Of a stretch of DNA of 64,000 bases, positions 21,829-31,675 are shown one piece after another. Position 1 is the first letter of the stretch, and every line of letters begins with the position of its first letter. The position numbers and the translations under genes were made by a program. The notes under the pieces were generated by a model, which ran no database searches, had not been told where the DNA came from, and saw only the letters and a list, made by a program, of their open reading frames with translations. Where the stretch lies: the IMG/VR virus record IMGVR_UViG_3300012156_000141; one strand, given 5' to 3'. This DNA comes from a virus.

Positions 21829-22329
21829 ATGAAATTATCAGAGAAATCAATAGCACTAATGAATCAGTATTCATATATAACAAAAAACGAAAAATATCAA
21901 TGACTGAAACAGATTAAGAGACATACCTTTGCAAATACATATGAGCATAGCATTAGAGTAGCATTGTTATCCGCCAAAATAAGCAAAAAGATACATGCAG
22001 ATATTGATAGCGCAATAAAAATCGGGCTATTACATGACTTCTGCCTAGTAGAACGATTAAATATGAAAGACGACGAAGAGTCTTATTTATATTATCATCC
22101 AAAAGAGGCAGTTGTTAACTCAAAAATATTTGGGTTAAGTGAGAAAGAGACCAATGCTATTTTATCTCACATGTTCCCTTTATCAAAAATGCCAACCAGC
22201 AGAGTTGGGTGGAGTGTTACGCTTGCTGATAAGATTGTGGCTACATATAAAACCTTATATGGAACTGTCGAGGCAATGCATTACATTAGAAGGATATATA
22301 ATAAAACAATAATGTATTTTTCTTCATAA
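21829..22329 (+). pseudogene. HD-domain protein interrupted by an in-frame TGA at 21901-21903
   Basis: AAGGAGG RBS and ATG at 21829; the frame continues ...KYQ*LKQIKRHTFANTYEHSIRVA...GLLHDF...HP...SHMFP...LADK. Confidence 0.8.
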
Positions 22330-22374
22330 TAATTATCACATACTATATACAAAATATAGAATAGAAGGAGTGTC

Positions 22375-24156
22375 ATGAAAATCAAAAAGGTTTATAAAGA
22401 AGCAATAAAGATTATTATAGTCTCTCTAATACTAGTTTATTTAATCAACACAGATATCTCTTCGGAAACAACTATCCAAGATGTGAGCTATAACGAGTTC
22501 ATAGCAGAGTTAGATGCTGGAAACATTGAAACCGTTGCAGTGAGAGAAGATATGATTATTGCAAAGAGTGTTGAAAAAGAAGGAATTACAACTGAATATA
22601 GAACAAAGGTGTTTGAAGACCCTGAATTGGTTGACAGACTTCTTAAAAGCAATGTAACATTCACAAAAGAAAGTTCGTCATCAAAACTTTTATTGAACAT
22701 ACTTAGTTCATTGCTTCCTCTTTTGCTTATGTATTATATTGTCAGGAAAATGCTCCCGGGAAAAGGTAATCCGATTATGTCAACATCAAAAGGGAAAGCT
22801 TATGTCGCAACAAAGAATAAAATAAAATTTACTGATGTTGCTGGTGAGGATGAAGCAAAAGAATCTTTAGTCGAGATTGTAGATTTTTTACATAACCCGC
22901 AACGATATAATGAAATAGGAGCTAAGCTTCCTAAAGGAGCTTTGCTCGTAGGCTCACCTGGGACGGGTAAAACCTTATTGGCAAAAGCAGTTGCCGGCGA
23001 AGCAGGTGTTCCATTTTATTCTTTAACTGGCTCTGATTTTGTCCAAATGTTTGTCGGCATGGGAGCCGCAAGAGTAAGAGATTTATTTGCCAAGGCGAAA
23101 GAAAATGCACCATGTATTATTTTTATTGATGAAATTGATGCAGTGGGAAGGAAAAGAGACTCAAGAAATGGAAATGATGAAAGAGAAAATACTTTAAACC
23201 AATTACTGTCTGAAATGGATGGGTTTGATGCTTCAAAAGGTATTATTGTTTTAGGAGCTACTAACCGGCCAGAGATATTAGATGCAGCGTTGCTTCGTCC
23301 AGGACGTTTTGATAGGCAGATTATTGTTAATAAGCCAGATCTAAAGGGCAGAATTGAAATCCTAAAAGTTCATGCAGAAAATGTGAAACTGTCTGAAGAT
23401 GTAAACTTTGAAGAGTTGGCATTAGCCACTGCCGGTGCCGCAGGTGCGGATTTAGCTAATATTATCAATGAAGCAGCTATCTTGGCGGTAAAACATAAAC
23501 GTAAAGTAGTAATACAAAAAGACTTAATGATGGCAATGGAAATTGTCCTAGTTGGTAAGGAAAAGAAAAATCAGGTATTGAGCAATAAGGAAAAACAGAT
23601 TGTTGCTTATCATGAGATTGGTCATGCTTTAGTTGCAGCTGTACAAAAAAATACAGAGCCAATTCAGAAAATTACGATTATCCCAAGAACAATGGGAGCA
23701 TTAGGATTTGTAATGCAGACACCAGAAAAAGAAAAGCTTCTAAACACAAAGGCAGAGCTAGAGGAGATGTTGGTGACTACATTGGCGGGAAGAGCTTCAG
23801 AAGAGATATTCTTTGATTCTGTCACAACCGGAGCATCAAACGATATTGAAAAAGCGACTAAAATAGCTAGAGCTATGATTGCACAATATGGTATGAGCGA
23901 TGAATTAGGTTTAGTTGGATTTGTGGACCGAGACAACCCATACATATCAAATGGAACAACTCTAAACTGCAGTCCAAACACTGCTGAAAAGATAGATTAT
24001 GAAGTTATTGATTTGATTAAAAAGTCTTATGAAACGGCCAAGAAAATAATCATCCGATATAGAGACGAAATAGAACGTTTGGCACAATATTTAATTGATC
24101 ATGAGACAATCACTGGAAAAGAATTCATGCGTTTGTTAGAAAAAAAGCAGGTGTAA
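22375..24156 (+). CDS. ftsH: ATP-dependent zinc metalloprotease FtsH
   Basis: Two TM segments, GSPGTGKT, IIFIDEID, TNRPEILDAALLRPGRFDR, HEIGH, TGASND. Confidence 0.97.
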   Translation: MKIKKVYKEAIKIIIVSLILVYLINTDISSETTIQDVSYNEFIAELDAGNIETVAVREDMIIAKSVEKEGITTEYRTKVFEDPELVDRLLKSNVTFTKESSSSKLLLNILSSLLPLLLMYYIVRKMLPGKGNPIMSTSKGKAYVATKNKIKFTDVAGEDEAKESLVEIVDFLHNPQRYNEIGAKLPKGALLVGSPGTGKTLLAKAVAGEAGVPFYSLTGSDFVQMFVGMGAARVRDLFAKAKENAPCIIFIDEIDAVGRKRDSRNGNDERENTLNQLLSEMDGFDASKGIIVLGATNRPEILDAALLRPGRFDRQIIVNKPDLKGRIEILKVHAENVKLSEDVNFEELALATAGAAGADLANIINEAAILAVKHKRKVVIQKDLMMAMEIVLVGKEKKNQVLSNKEKQIVAYHEIGHALVAAVQKNTEPIQKITIIPRTMGALGFVMQTPEKEKLLNTKAELEEMLVTTLAGRASEEIFFDSVTTGASNDIEKATKIARAMIAQYGMSDELGLVGFVDRDNPYISNGTTLNCSPNTAEKIDYEVIDLIKKSYETAKKIIIRYRDEIERLAQYLIDHETITGKEFMRLLEKKQV

Positions 24157-24215
24157 AAGTTCTTTTTTGGTTTGATAAATATAAAAAGAAGCTGCCGAAA
24201 CAGCTTCTTTTTATA

Positions 24216-24458
24216 TTATTGGATTTCTAATACATATGTAGAACCAGAGTTAGTTACAAAGATGGCAGTATCTCTTGCCTGAGAAATCTTTTCAATGCGA
24301 CTGGTTTTGATTGCATATATGTCCTTCATTTGCAAAAATCCATCAACATACTGACATTTGAAAACTGAATTTTTAATATATGATACTTTTTCTGGACAAG
24401 ATACAACCTTTCCATAAAATAAATCACCCATAGCTACGTTCACTTCTGTTTTCACCAT
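24216..24458 (-). CDS. Hypothetical protein (80 aa)
   Basis: GGAGG RBS before the ATG at 24458; own CATATTG box at 24490-24496; ends at a bidirectional terminator. Confidence 0.75.
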   Translation of the reverse strand: MVKTEVNVAMGDLFYGKVVSCPEKVSYIKNSVFKCQYVDGFLQMKDIYAIKTSRIEKISQARDTAIFVTNSGSTYVLEIQ

Positions 24459-24489
24459 ATTAAGAACCTCCATTTTTCTTTGATACAAT

Positions 24490-24528
24490 CAATATGTTAT
24501 TTTTTAATTGAAGATAAATAACATATTG
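24490..24528. promoter_or_regulatory. Back-to-back pair of CATATTG promoter boxes in a perfect 13-bp inverted repeat
   Basis: CAATATGTTATTT (24490-24502) and AAATAACATATTG (24516-24528). Confidence 0.7.
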
Positions 24529-24532
24529 GCAA

Positions 24533-24780
24533 AGTCCGGATTGTCATGCAATCCATGACAGAGAATGAAGTATTAAGATTAGTCGTATAGAGGGTAGGAA
24601 CTACCTATAGCCTGTCAACTTAGGTTGAGTCCGTAGGGATAGGAGAGTGTGTAAGACGTTATGGAGAGATGAGTTGGGATTTGAAATATATGACCCTTAT
24701 AAATAGAAAGCGCCTTGGTGATATGGGTTGCTATTTATCGTTTTTTAGAGTCAAGACAAGGAGCCTTTGGTTTCTTTTTG
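24533..24780 (+). mobile_element. Probable remnant of an IS200/IS605-family tnpB 3' end plus omega/reRNA-like tail
   Basis: Translates SPDCHAIHDR and, after an apparent deletion, NEVLRLVV*, like the TnpB CPxC..HDRD.NAA.NI.NEG end; followed by AGGGTAGGAACTACC, further hairpins and a terminator. Confidence 0.55.
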
Positions 24781-24834
24781 TTTTGCTTATAATTTAGCAT
24801 ACTAAATGTATATATGACTAAAGGAGGAATTAAC

Positions 24835-25002
24835 ATGGCCAATAAAAAGAATCTACCAGTAGGGCGTATTCATACATCGATCGCTGACCAGAAAGAAAGA
24901 TTTACTGGTTGGACTGGTGGTTATGGTGTACACAAGGACAAAAGCAAGTTTGATCGAAAGAAAAATAGAAGGGAACTTAGAAAATCAATAAGCGAAGAAT
25001 AG
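24835..25002 (+). CDS. Small basic hypothetical protein
   Basis: AAGGAGG RBS before the ATG at 24835; CATACTA box at 24798. Confidence 0.75.
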   Translation: MANKKNLPVGRIHTSIADQKERFTGWTGGYGVHKDKSKFDRKKNRRELRKSISEE

Positions 25003-25011
25003 GAGATTATA

Positions 25012-25194
25012 ATGACATTCAGGGAAAAGATTAGATTGATACAGCGGGTGTTAGAGCAATTCTTTCACATCCTGCAGTGGCAAGATGTCGATGATGAGAT
25101 TGTAAAAAAGATTATTTCCAGTTTCAGTATAGAGGATAAAGATAATATTCGAGATTTGGCATCAGAAATATTTGATTTCGAGAAAAATATCTAA
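25012..25194 (+). CDS. Small hypothetical protein
   Basis: AGGAG RBS; follows the previous gene by 9 nt. Confidence 0.7.
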   Translation: MTFREKIRLIQRVLEQFFHILQWQDVDDEIVKKIISSFSIEDKDNIRDLASEIFDFEKNI

Positions 25195-25421
25195 ACAGTT
25201 AAAAAGGATATGATGAAGGATATGATGATAGTATGAGTACAATGCTAACTTAAGTATCAGTGTAATTAACATCTTAAAAAGAGTCACTATAGTGGTTCTT
25301 TTTTTATATAAAAATAAAACGAATAGTATAAACCTTGGAAATTCATATTTCACTTGTAGAAGGTGAATATTTCTTTCCAAGGCATGTTAAAACAGATGGT
25401 TGCACTGTCTGTTTTTTAAAA

Positions 25422-26435
25422 CTAATTGCTTTTCGATTTATTTGTGACTATATTAGAAATTTCATTTGTTCCTCTCTGTATTAATTGATTCATTTCTTTT
25501 GTTAGATTAGTTTCGAGTATTTGAGCCTCAAAATGATTTAATATAAGGTCTATAGCATGTTTTAATGGATGAAAATATTCTGCGCAAACATCCTCATCTA
25601 ATGAATGAATTCCTGCACTTAGAATTCTATAAATGTTATAATGGCTGTGGATGCTATCAGGCCAATACTTTTTTAAGTATTCAATCTTTTGGCTCGTTTT
25701 ATATTCTTGGAATTTTTCATAAGTTATATTAAATGCTGATTTATTATTATCAAAAGTATACTTTAATATTCCTTCAAAAACTCTGCGTAAGTAAGTAAAT
25801 GCTGGAATGTAATTATTATCAGTACTAAATCTTATAGCATTATAGTAATCTTTTTCTCTTCCTATTTTTTTTAATAGTTTGCTGAATTCTTTAGTTTCAA
25901 GTTTACTAAATTCATGTAACGGAGGATACTGGCCAATTTTTTGTAAAATCATGTTATCATCTTTAGCCGAAATGGCAAATGAAACAATATATATCTTTTT
26001 ACATATTGAACATTGAAACGTCTTGTGGAAATATTTATGATGATCATCTGTGAGCGTACTGATACGATCCCTCATATGTTCATCTGGAGGAATATAGTAT
26101 AAATCACTGTCGATTTGTTCATCAAAATAAGATGATAAAACTTTCTCAGTTATACTATCAGGTAATTCTAATGTCGTGTTTATATCATAATTCATATCGC
26201 GTTTACAGGATGGACAATATCCATAAACCTGCAATTTCTTAGTCATAAAATCTATAAGCGATTGGTATTCATTAGAAACTTCGGTTACATATTCGTCCCT
26301 CTCATAAGTTTCTTGTTCATGAAAAATACGTTCGCTTTTTGTGATTTCTTCTTTGGGTGTACAGTCTACATTGATTTCTTTATACAAAGGCCAAGAGAAA
26401 ATCAATACATCAGTTGAAATATCGCATAGATTCAT
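25422..26435 (-). CDS. Hypothetical protein with Zn-binding CxxC pairs and a DUF4145/HEPN-like C-terminal domain
   Basis: CPSC, CSIC, KIGQYP, YLRRVFE, LSAGIH; AAGGAG RBS. Confidence 0.65.
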   Translation of the reverse strand: MNLCDISTDVLIFSWPLYKEINVDCTPKEEITKSERIFHEQETYERDEYVTEVSNEYQSLIDFMTKKLQVYGYCPSCKRDMNYDINTTLELPDSITEKVLSSYFDEQIDSDLYYIPPDEHMRDRISTLTDDHHKYFHKTFQCSICKKIYIVSFAISAKDDNMILQKIGQYPPLHEFSKLETKEFSKLLKKIGREKDYYNAIRFSTDNNYIPAFTYLRRVFEGILKYTFDNNKSAFNITYEKFQEYKTSQKIEYLKKYWPDSIHSHYNIYRILSAGIHSLDEDVCAEYFHPLKHAIDLILNHFEAQILETNLTKEMNQLIQRGTNEISNIVTNKSKSN

Positions 26436-26730
26436 TTATAATTCTCCTTACGTGTGTTTTTATCATTATATTATAAAACTCTTTATATGGCTTGTAGAAT
26501 ATTAAGGTTTTGTTGAGGATGCATTATGCTATTCAATAAAGTACTGTGCTTTGGAAATTCACATTCTTTAGTTTTTATTTATTATAATATAATAATCTTT
26601 TGGTGTTATAATATAAGTATAGCAGGATCTATATTTTAAGCAAGTAATTTTTGGAAATAATTAACAATTCGTTTTTGGGATTAAATTTCTAACATACTAA
26701 TTGAATATATGATTAGAGGAGGAATCTAAA

Positions 26731-27213
26731 ATGAACTTATTTGAAGATGCATTAAACAAATCTGGGATTAAATCTGTCGATTTCAAGGATGTACAGATTG
26801 ATGAGGAAAAAACTGTGGGACATATCAAGCTAGAACTCTGTAAAAAACGGGCAAACCTATATAATAAAGGTGCCTCTGAAAAGGAACTGCATCAATTTGC
26901 TATTAAACATGGTTTCCTTTCGGCTAAACATCTTAATCTATACGTGAGTCTTATAGATGTCGCACAAAAAAAACGAGAAGAAGTGGATATTCGTCAAATA
27001 GTGATGAGTGAAGATAAATATAAGGTTGCAAAAAAAAGGGTAGAGGATTTGAAATATCAAGCCGATTCTATGAAAGACCCTTGGCATTATAAGGTGACTA
27101 TGAGAGCCTTGGACCAACAGGATATTTCTCCCTATGGTGAAGACGTTTTGCAGGATACTTATCCCGACAATGAAGTGTTTTTTGATAGTCTTTCCTATGA
27201 TTTTTATCAGTGA
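26731..27213 (+). CDS. Hypothetical protein, paralog of 29487..29939
   Basis: Shared MNLFE(D/E)AL.K.G.KS.DF.DV, ASEKELH.FA..HGFLS.KHL and Q.D.SPYGE.VL. Confidence 0.85.
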   Translation: MNLFEDALNKSGIKSVDFKDVQIDEEKTVGHIKLELCKKRANLYNKGASEKELHQFAIKHGFLSAKHLNLYVSLIDVAQKKREEVDIRQIVMSEDKYKVAKKRVEDLKYQADSMKDPWHYKVTMRALDQQDISPYGEDVLQDTYPDNEVFFDSLSYDFYQ

Positions 27214-27254
27214 ATTGAAAAACACACTCACTTCTAAAGTGGGTGATGAATTCA
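27211..27254. mobile_element. Possible IS200/IS605-family terminal hairpin remnant
   Basis: CACTCACTT-CTA-AAGTGGGTG hairpin nested in TGAATT...AATTCA; resembles the CCCACTTCTA(T)AAGTGGG end hairpins of Firmicutes IS605-type elements, from recall; no transposase nearby. Confidence 0.45.
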
Positions 27255-27441
27255 AAAATAAATACTTAATCAGATTACAAATTCATCGGAGATGAAAAAT
27301 AAAGATTTACATATTAAGCAAGACCATGAAAGATGGCTGTTTCTGGTATTCTATATATTTTGATAAAAAAGGAACCATTAAGGTTTCTTTTTTGTGTAAA
27401 AATAAATAATTCCAAATCAACCAAATCTCTCATATTATTTC

Positions 27442-27930
27442 CAGTTAAGGATATGAGACAGTGGACGTCATCTTACTGCCTCATGATCTGTCTGGATGCC
27501 GTACCAGCATAAAAACGTATAAGGAAACCCAGCCGCTGCAAAACAAGGGTCGGACAACGAAAAGCTACTCACACTTGATGCTTAGTAGTTGCCCGTAAAT
27601 GGTTAAGAAACGCTGAAAGACCATTGACTAAGTCTTTATGATTAAAGATATGTTTAAAAGTATGGCGTGGAGGTCTACTAAATAGAAAATTTGATTTTCT
27701 ATTTAGGTACTTGGCAGTGGATGATGACTATAGCTGCGGGAACTGTTCGGATTTGGAAACGAATCATAGTGAGGGCAAGAGAATTACTTATGAATAGTGC
27801 AATTAAAGCAATCTGTAGAGTGTGCGAACGGAGACCCTAAACGAAGCGACGGAATGGAGTCTGGGCGGATTTTCCTTATCTCAATTTGATAGGGAAAGTC
27901 TGCCCTGGCGTAGCCGTTTTCCCTAACTTC
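27442..27930 (+). ncRNA. Large structured ncRNA candidate (~490 nt)
   Basis: ORF-free and GC-richer than the flanks; CATATTA box at 27431; 5' AGTTAAGGA pairs with 3' TCCCTAACT; many stems containing G-U pairs (see findings). Confidence 0.75.
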
Positions 27931-28160
27931 TCTCTGGAATAGTGTAGGCATTATAAGAAATATCAGTGAAGGAAGTTGCTTATTTAAAGAAATTATACAT
28001 GTAATGTTAGTCGTGTTATTAATCCTGATATGCTTGTATAAAAGAACTTATATGTTTTTATTAAATCAGAATAGATATATAACTTATAGTGAGAAAATGC
28101 ATGTTTTTATGAATGAGCTATTGCATATTTACTTTGAGTAAAAAATAGGGAGCTAGAAAC

Positions 28161-29114
28161 ATGCATGACAAAATAAAAAAATATATAACATTGGGAATGA
28201 TGTCTTTCTTTGTGTTTACAAGTAACACTATATCTGCTTTGGCTACAGTGGAATATGAATTAACTAAACAATGCCAAACAATAAAAGAACTTTCAATCGA
28301 TAATTATAGACTACATCTTAAAAATATTGATGGTTATACTTATATAGTAGACAAATGTGAGAATATTCGCTACGGTTGGTCTTATGATAGTATCGGAAAT
28401 CTATATTATACAGAACCGGGTTCTGAAGCTGGAATTATTAAATCAGGGAAGAATAGTGATGGGATTTCCTTTGATGAAAATGGAGTTTATATAAATCCAT
28501 CTTTCATAAATGTAGAAAAAAATTTTGAGTTATCAAAAAGATTTGAACAAGGTGAGTGGTTATATTTTGAAAATACAGAAAAACTATTTAATTTCTTTGA
28601 ATACTATGAGGTGCAATATAGGCTTTCTGATTCGGTGGAAAATTACAGAATCACTCACAATGATGATGGTTCTTATACAGTAAAAATTCCAGAGAAGGCA
28701 AAATATGATAGAGAAGATCTTATAAATCAGATTATTGAAAAGATAGGTGATACAGAAGGCGAAACTGAATATGAAAAGATTTATAGTATATGTAAAAATA
28801 TAGGAGAATATCTGGAATATGACTTATCTTATATAACAACAGACATGGAGACTTCATTAAGAGATAAGAAAGGAGTATGTCGCCAATATACTAAAATTGC
28901 TTCTGTTTTACTGAATGAAGAAGGAATTGATCATGAATTAATGGAAGGTCAAGAGAGCGGTGCTGATCATATATGGCTGCGGTGTTTTGTTAATGGAAAG
29001 TGGACCTATGTAGATGTCACAGGAGCAAGAGATAAGTGGAGGCTTTATGGTAATATAACATATGAAGTATTTACTGAGACATATGTGCCTAAAGTAGCAA
29101 TGATGATAGAATAA
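28161..29114 (+). CDS. Secreted transglutaminase-like protein
   Basis: Signal peptide; Cys-His-Asp triad GVCRQYT, DHIW, WTYVD. Confidence 0.85.
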   Translation: MHDKIKKYITLGMMSFFVFTSNTISALATVEYELTKQCQTIKELSIDNYRLHLKNIDGYTYIVDKCENIRYGWSYDSIGNLYYTEPGSEAGIIKSGKNSDGISFDENGVYINPSFINVEKNFELSKRFEQGEWLYFENTEKLFNFFEYYEVQYRLSDSVENYRITHNDDGSYTVKIPEKAKYDREDLINQIIEKIGDTEGETEYEKIYSICKNIGEYLEYDLSYITTDMETSLRDKKGVCRQYTKIASVLLNEEGIDHELMEGQESGADHIWLRCFVNGKWTYVDVTGARDKWRLYGNITYEVFTETYVPKVAMMIE

Positions 29115-29216
29115 TCTTTACAAATAAGATGAAACAGAGGACTCAAAAGAGTTCTTTTTTATTTGCATTAAAAACATTACATATTGCTTTTATCGAATGA
29201 ATAAAAGGAGAATACT

Positions 29217-29441
29217 ATGATTGTAAAAGAATATATCGAAAACTTACTTAAAAATACACCAGAGGCAAAGATGGTGTTGTATCGTTCGCAAGAAGGTGAT
29301 GGCGACTCTGCATTGATGGAAATACACGATTTTTTAATTAAGTACGGTGATAGAAGTATGGGAGATTCCTTTCATGATGATTTTTGCCATAAGGAAGGAG
29401 CAAGAAACTTGAATCAATATATAAAACGTTTATCAAAATAG
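29217..29441 (+). CDS. Hypothetical protein
   Basis: AAGGAG RBS and CATATTG box at 29180. Confidence 0.75.
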   Translation: MIVKEYIENLLKNTPEAKMVLYRSQEGDGDSALMEIHDFLIKYGDRSMGDSFHDDFCHKEGARNLNQYIKRLSK

Positions 29442-29486
29442 CTATCATACTAATTATAATAATAATGAATTGAGGAGGAATGTAAA

Positions 29487-29939
29487 ATGAACTTATTTGA
29501 AGAAGCATTAAGCAAGGCTGGTGTCAAGTCTACAGATTTTGAGGACGTTAAGGTAGATGTAAAGGCCATTGATTCAGATATGGAAATCGAATTTTACACT
29601 AGATTGATAAAGATGTGTGAGAGAAACGCATCTGAAAAAGAGTTGCATCTATTTGCGACAGAGCATGGATTTCTCTCATATAAACATCTTAGCCTGTACA
29701 TGAGCGTGTCGGATGATGCACAGTGTAAACGAGAAGAACTGGAGTATTATCACGAGAATAAAGATTCAAAAGCTTTTAAAGCTCAGGTAAGAAAAGTGGA
29801 AGAAGTTGAGAAATATGCTAGAGCAATAAAAGACCCGTTGTACTACAGGTTTGTTATGGGACAACTGGGCCAGCGTGATGTATCTCCGTACGGAGAAAAT
29901 GTGTTAAGGAGTAGAAAGCACTCTTGGCTTGATGACTAA
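29487..29939 (+). CDS. Hypothetical protein, paralog of 26731..27213
   Basis: Similar protein and similar upstream region (CATACTAATT...GAGGAGGAAT.TAAAATG). Confidence 0.85.
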   Translation: MNLFEEALSKAGVKSTDFEDVKVDVKAIDSDMEIEFYTRLIKMCERNASEKELHLFATEHGFLSYKHLSLYMSVSDDAQCKREELEYYHENKDSKAFKAQVRKVEEVEKYARAIKDPLYYRFVMGQLGQRDVSPYGENVLRSRKHSWLDD

Positions 29940-30041
29940 ACCACAAATGCGACTAAAAAAGAGATTAAAATAGTCTCTTTTTTATTTACCATCAAAAACA
30001 CTCATACTAATTATATCAAGTGAAGAAAAGAGAAATATACA

Positions 30042-30605
30042 ATGATGAATGAAAATTTAATTAACAAAGCGATCAAAGTAGCAACAAAAGCTCATGAGGG
30101 ACAATATCGAAAAGGAAACAAACTTCCATATATTGTGCATCCAATGGAATGTGGACTCATTGCTGCAGGAATGACAGATGATCCAGAAGTAGTTGCTGCA
30201 GCAATTCTTCATGACACACTAGAAGATACAATCTTAGATTACTCTGACCTTGTCTCAGATTTTGGTTCTAATGTAGCCGATATGGTATTGTCTGTTTCAG
30301 AAAACAAAAGAAAAGACAAGCCGGAGAGCGAGACCTGGAAAATTAGAAAGCAAGAATCTTTGGAACATTACAGGGCTTTAGATACAGAGACAAAGATTGT
30401 TTTACTAGCTGATAAGCTATCAAACATGAGATCCATGAAAGAGGATTATGGTGTTATGGGTGATGGTTTGTGGCAGAAGTTTAATCAGAAGGATAAAAAT
30501 GAGCATAAATGGTACTATGGTTCATTAGGCAGGGTGCTAAAAGAATTGGATTCAACAGATGAATATAAAGAATATATGGAATTATATTGTGCAATATTTG
30601 TATAG
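30042..30605 (+). CDS. HD-domain protein of small alarmone hydrolase (Mesh1/SpoT-HD) type
   Basis: AHEGQYRKG, PYIVHP, AAILHDTLEDT, LADKLSN. Confidence 0.85.
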   Translation: MMNENLINKAIKVATKAHEGQYRKGNKLPYIVHPMECGLIAAGMTDDPEVVAAAILHDTLEDTILDYSDLVSDFGSNVADMVLSVSENKRKDKPESETWKIRKQESLEHYRALDTETKIVLLADKLSNMRSMKEDYGVMGDGLWQKFNQKDKNEHKWYYGSLGRVLKELDSTDEYKEYMELYCAIFV

Positions 30606-30735
30606 TAAGTCATGCAGACGAGGTAGATGCATACGCCCAGAATATCATCAATTACACAAGAAATGATTGGAATCCGATAGATGAAATATATTATTTCAAG
30701 GGTGTTATGTGCAAAGATACGAGAGGAGAACAGAA

Positions 30736-30999
30736 ATGACAATTCGCAAAGCTTATCAAAATCTAAATCTAGAAGATTATCCAACTACTGTGAAAATGAA
30801 TAATCCTATGTTTGATATTGATTTTTACAATGGAATACGAACAGATGAAACACAGTTTACGATATTAGGATTAGTAGAAAAAAAGGCAATTATTAAAGAA
30901 CTTACTTTACTCTTCAAAGCGTTTTGTAAAGATAATGGATATCGAACTAACTCTGTAGAGAGTATTACTTATGTAGGTTCGGATCCATATTATGATTAG
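30736..30999 (+). CDS. Hypothetical protein
   Basis: GAGGAG RBS before the ATG at 30736. Confidence 0.7.
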   Translation: MTIRKAYQNLNLEDYPTTVKMNNPMFDIDFYNGIRTDETQFTILGLVEKKAIIKELTLLFKAFCKDNGYRTNSVESITYVGSDPYYD

Positions 31000-31010
31000 G
31001 GTGTATAAAC

Positions 31011-31346
31011 ATGAATGATAAAAGAAAGATTTCTGAATTAGAACAAATGATATTACAAAAGGACAAACAAATTAAGACTCTAATTGAGAACAACGAACTC
31101 ATGATGGATAGTATTGATGATCCGTATACTTATAAAGCAATGCGACGAGCTTTTAAAATAAAAAGTTACAAAGATATTAGAAACAGGGATAGCAAACCTA
31201 TCGCAAATATAATACTGAATATGGCTGGAATGGATTTTTGTGACACTTTTGACTTGAGAGAAAATGGATCCTGTGAGAAATTTAAAAGCTGTACGGATTG
31301 CATACATGATTACCTAAGCAGTGAATATGGAAAGGTGAAAGAATAA
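31011..31346 (+). CDS. Hypothetical protein with Cys-rich C terminus
   Basis: FC...SC...SCTDCI, a phage-like small Cys motif. Confidence 0.7.
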   Translation: MNDKRKISELEQMILQKDKQIKTLIENNELMMDSIDDPYTYKAMRRAFKIKSYKDIRNRDSKPIANIILNMAGMDFCDTFDLRENGSCEKFKSCTDCIHDYLSSEYGKVKE

Positions 31347-31387
31347 AATATTGTATATACAGAGACATAGTTTGAACAGATCTGGAG

Positions 31388-31675
31388 GTGAATTGGAGGT
31401 TATTAGTATTGGATATTTTAATGTTGAAAGAATTGAATTATGAATGTTTTACATATGGGTGTTATGAATCCAGTTGGTGGAGTTTACTGGATTTAGATTA
31501 TGTGGAATCCATGGATATGAGCAGAATTATGAGAGCAGTAAGAACATATGCCGTAGGATATTGCGATTCCGCTAGAGTTGGATTTAGACCAAAGACAACA
31601 GCATATGCAGTCATGTTTGAAAAGGATGATTTGCGTTTTTGGTTTCACTTAGAAAAATGGTATTTTGAAGAATAG
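31388..31675 (+). CDS. Hypothetical protein
   Basis: 95-aa ORF ending at a terminator; start uncertain. Confidence 0.65.
   Translation: MNWRLLVLDILMLKELNYECFTYGCYESSWWSLLDLDYVESMDMSRIMRAVRTYAVGYCDSARVGFRPKTTAYAVMFEKDDLRFWFHLEKWYFEE

Noticed and set aside
19382-21903. Stop-codon reassignment suggested by in-frame stops
   Set aside because: The two stops differ (TAA, TGA), long ORFs are intact under code 11, and all three stop codons end normal genes.
24528-24545. RNase P CR-I-like AAAGTCCGG
   Set aside because: No complementary P4 strand downstream; better explained as tnpB-tail codons.
25205-25228. 12-bp tandem duplication AGGATATGATGA
   Set aside because: Only two copies with no supporting context; likely slippage.
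27442-27930. RNase P RNA, tmRNA or group II intron identity for the large RNA
   Set aside because: GGAAAGTC lies inside a local hairpin with no matching CR-V strand; no tRNA-like ends; no domain V motif.
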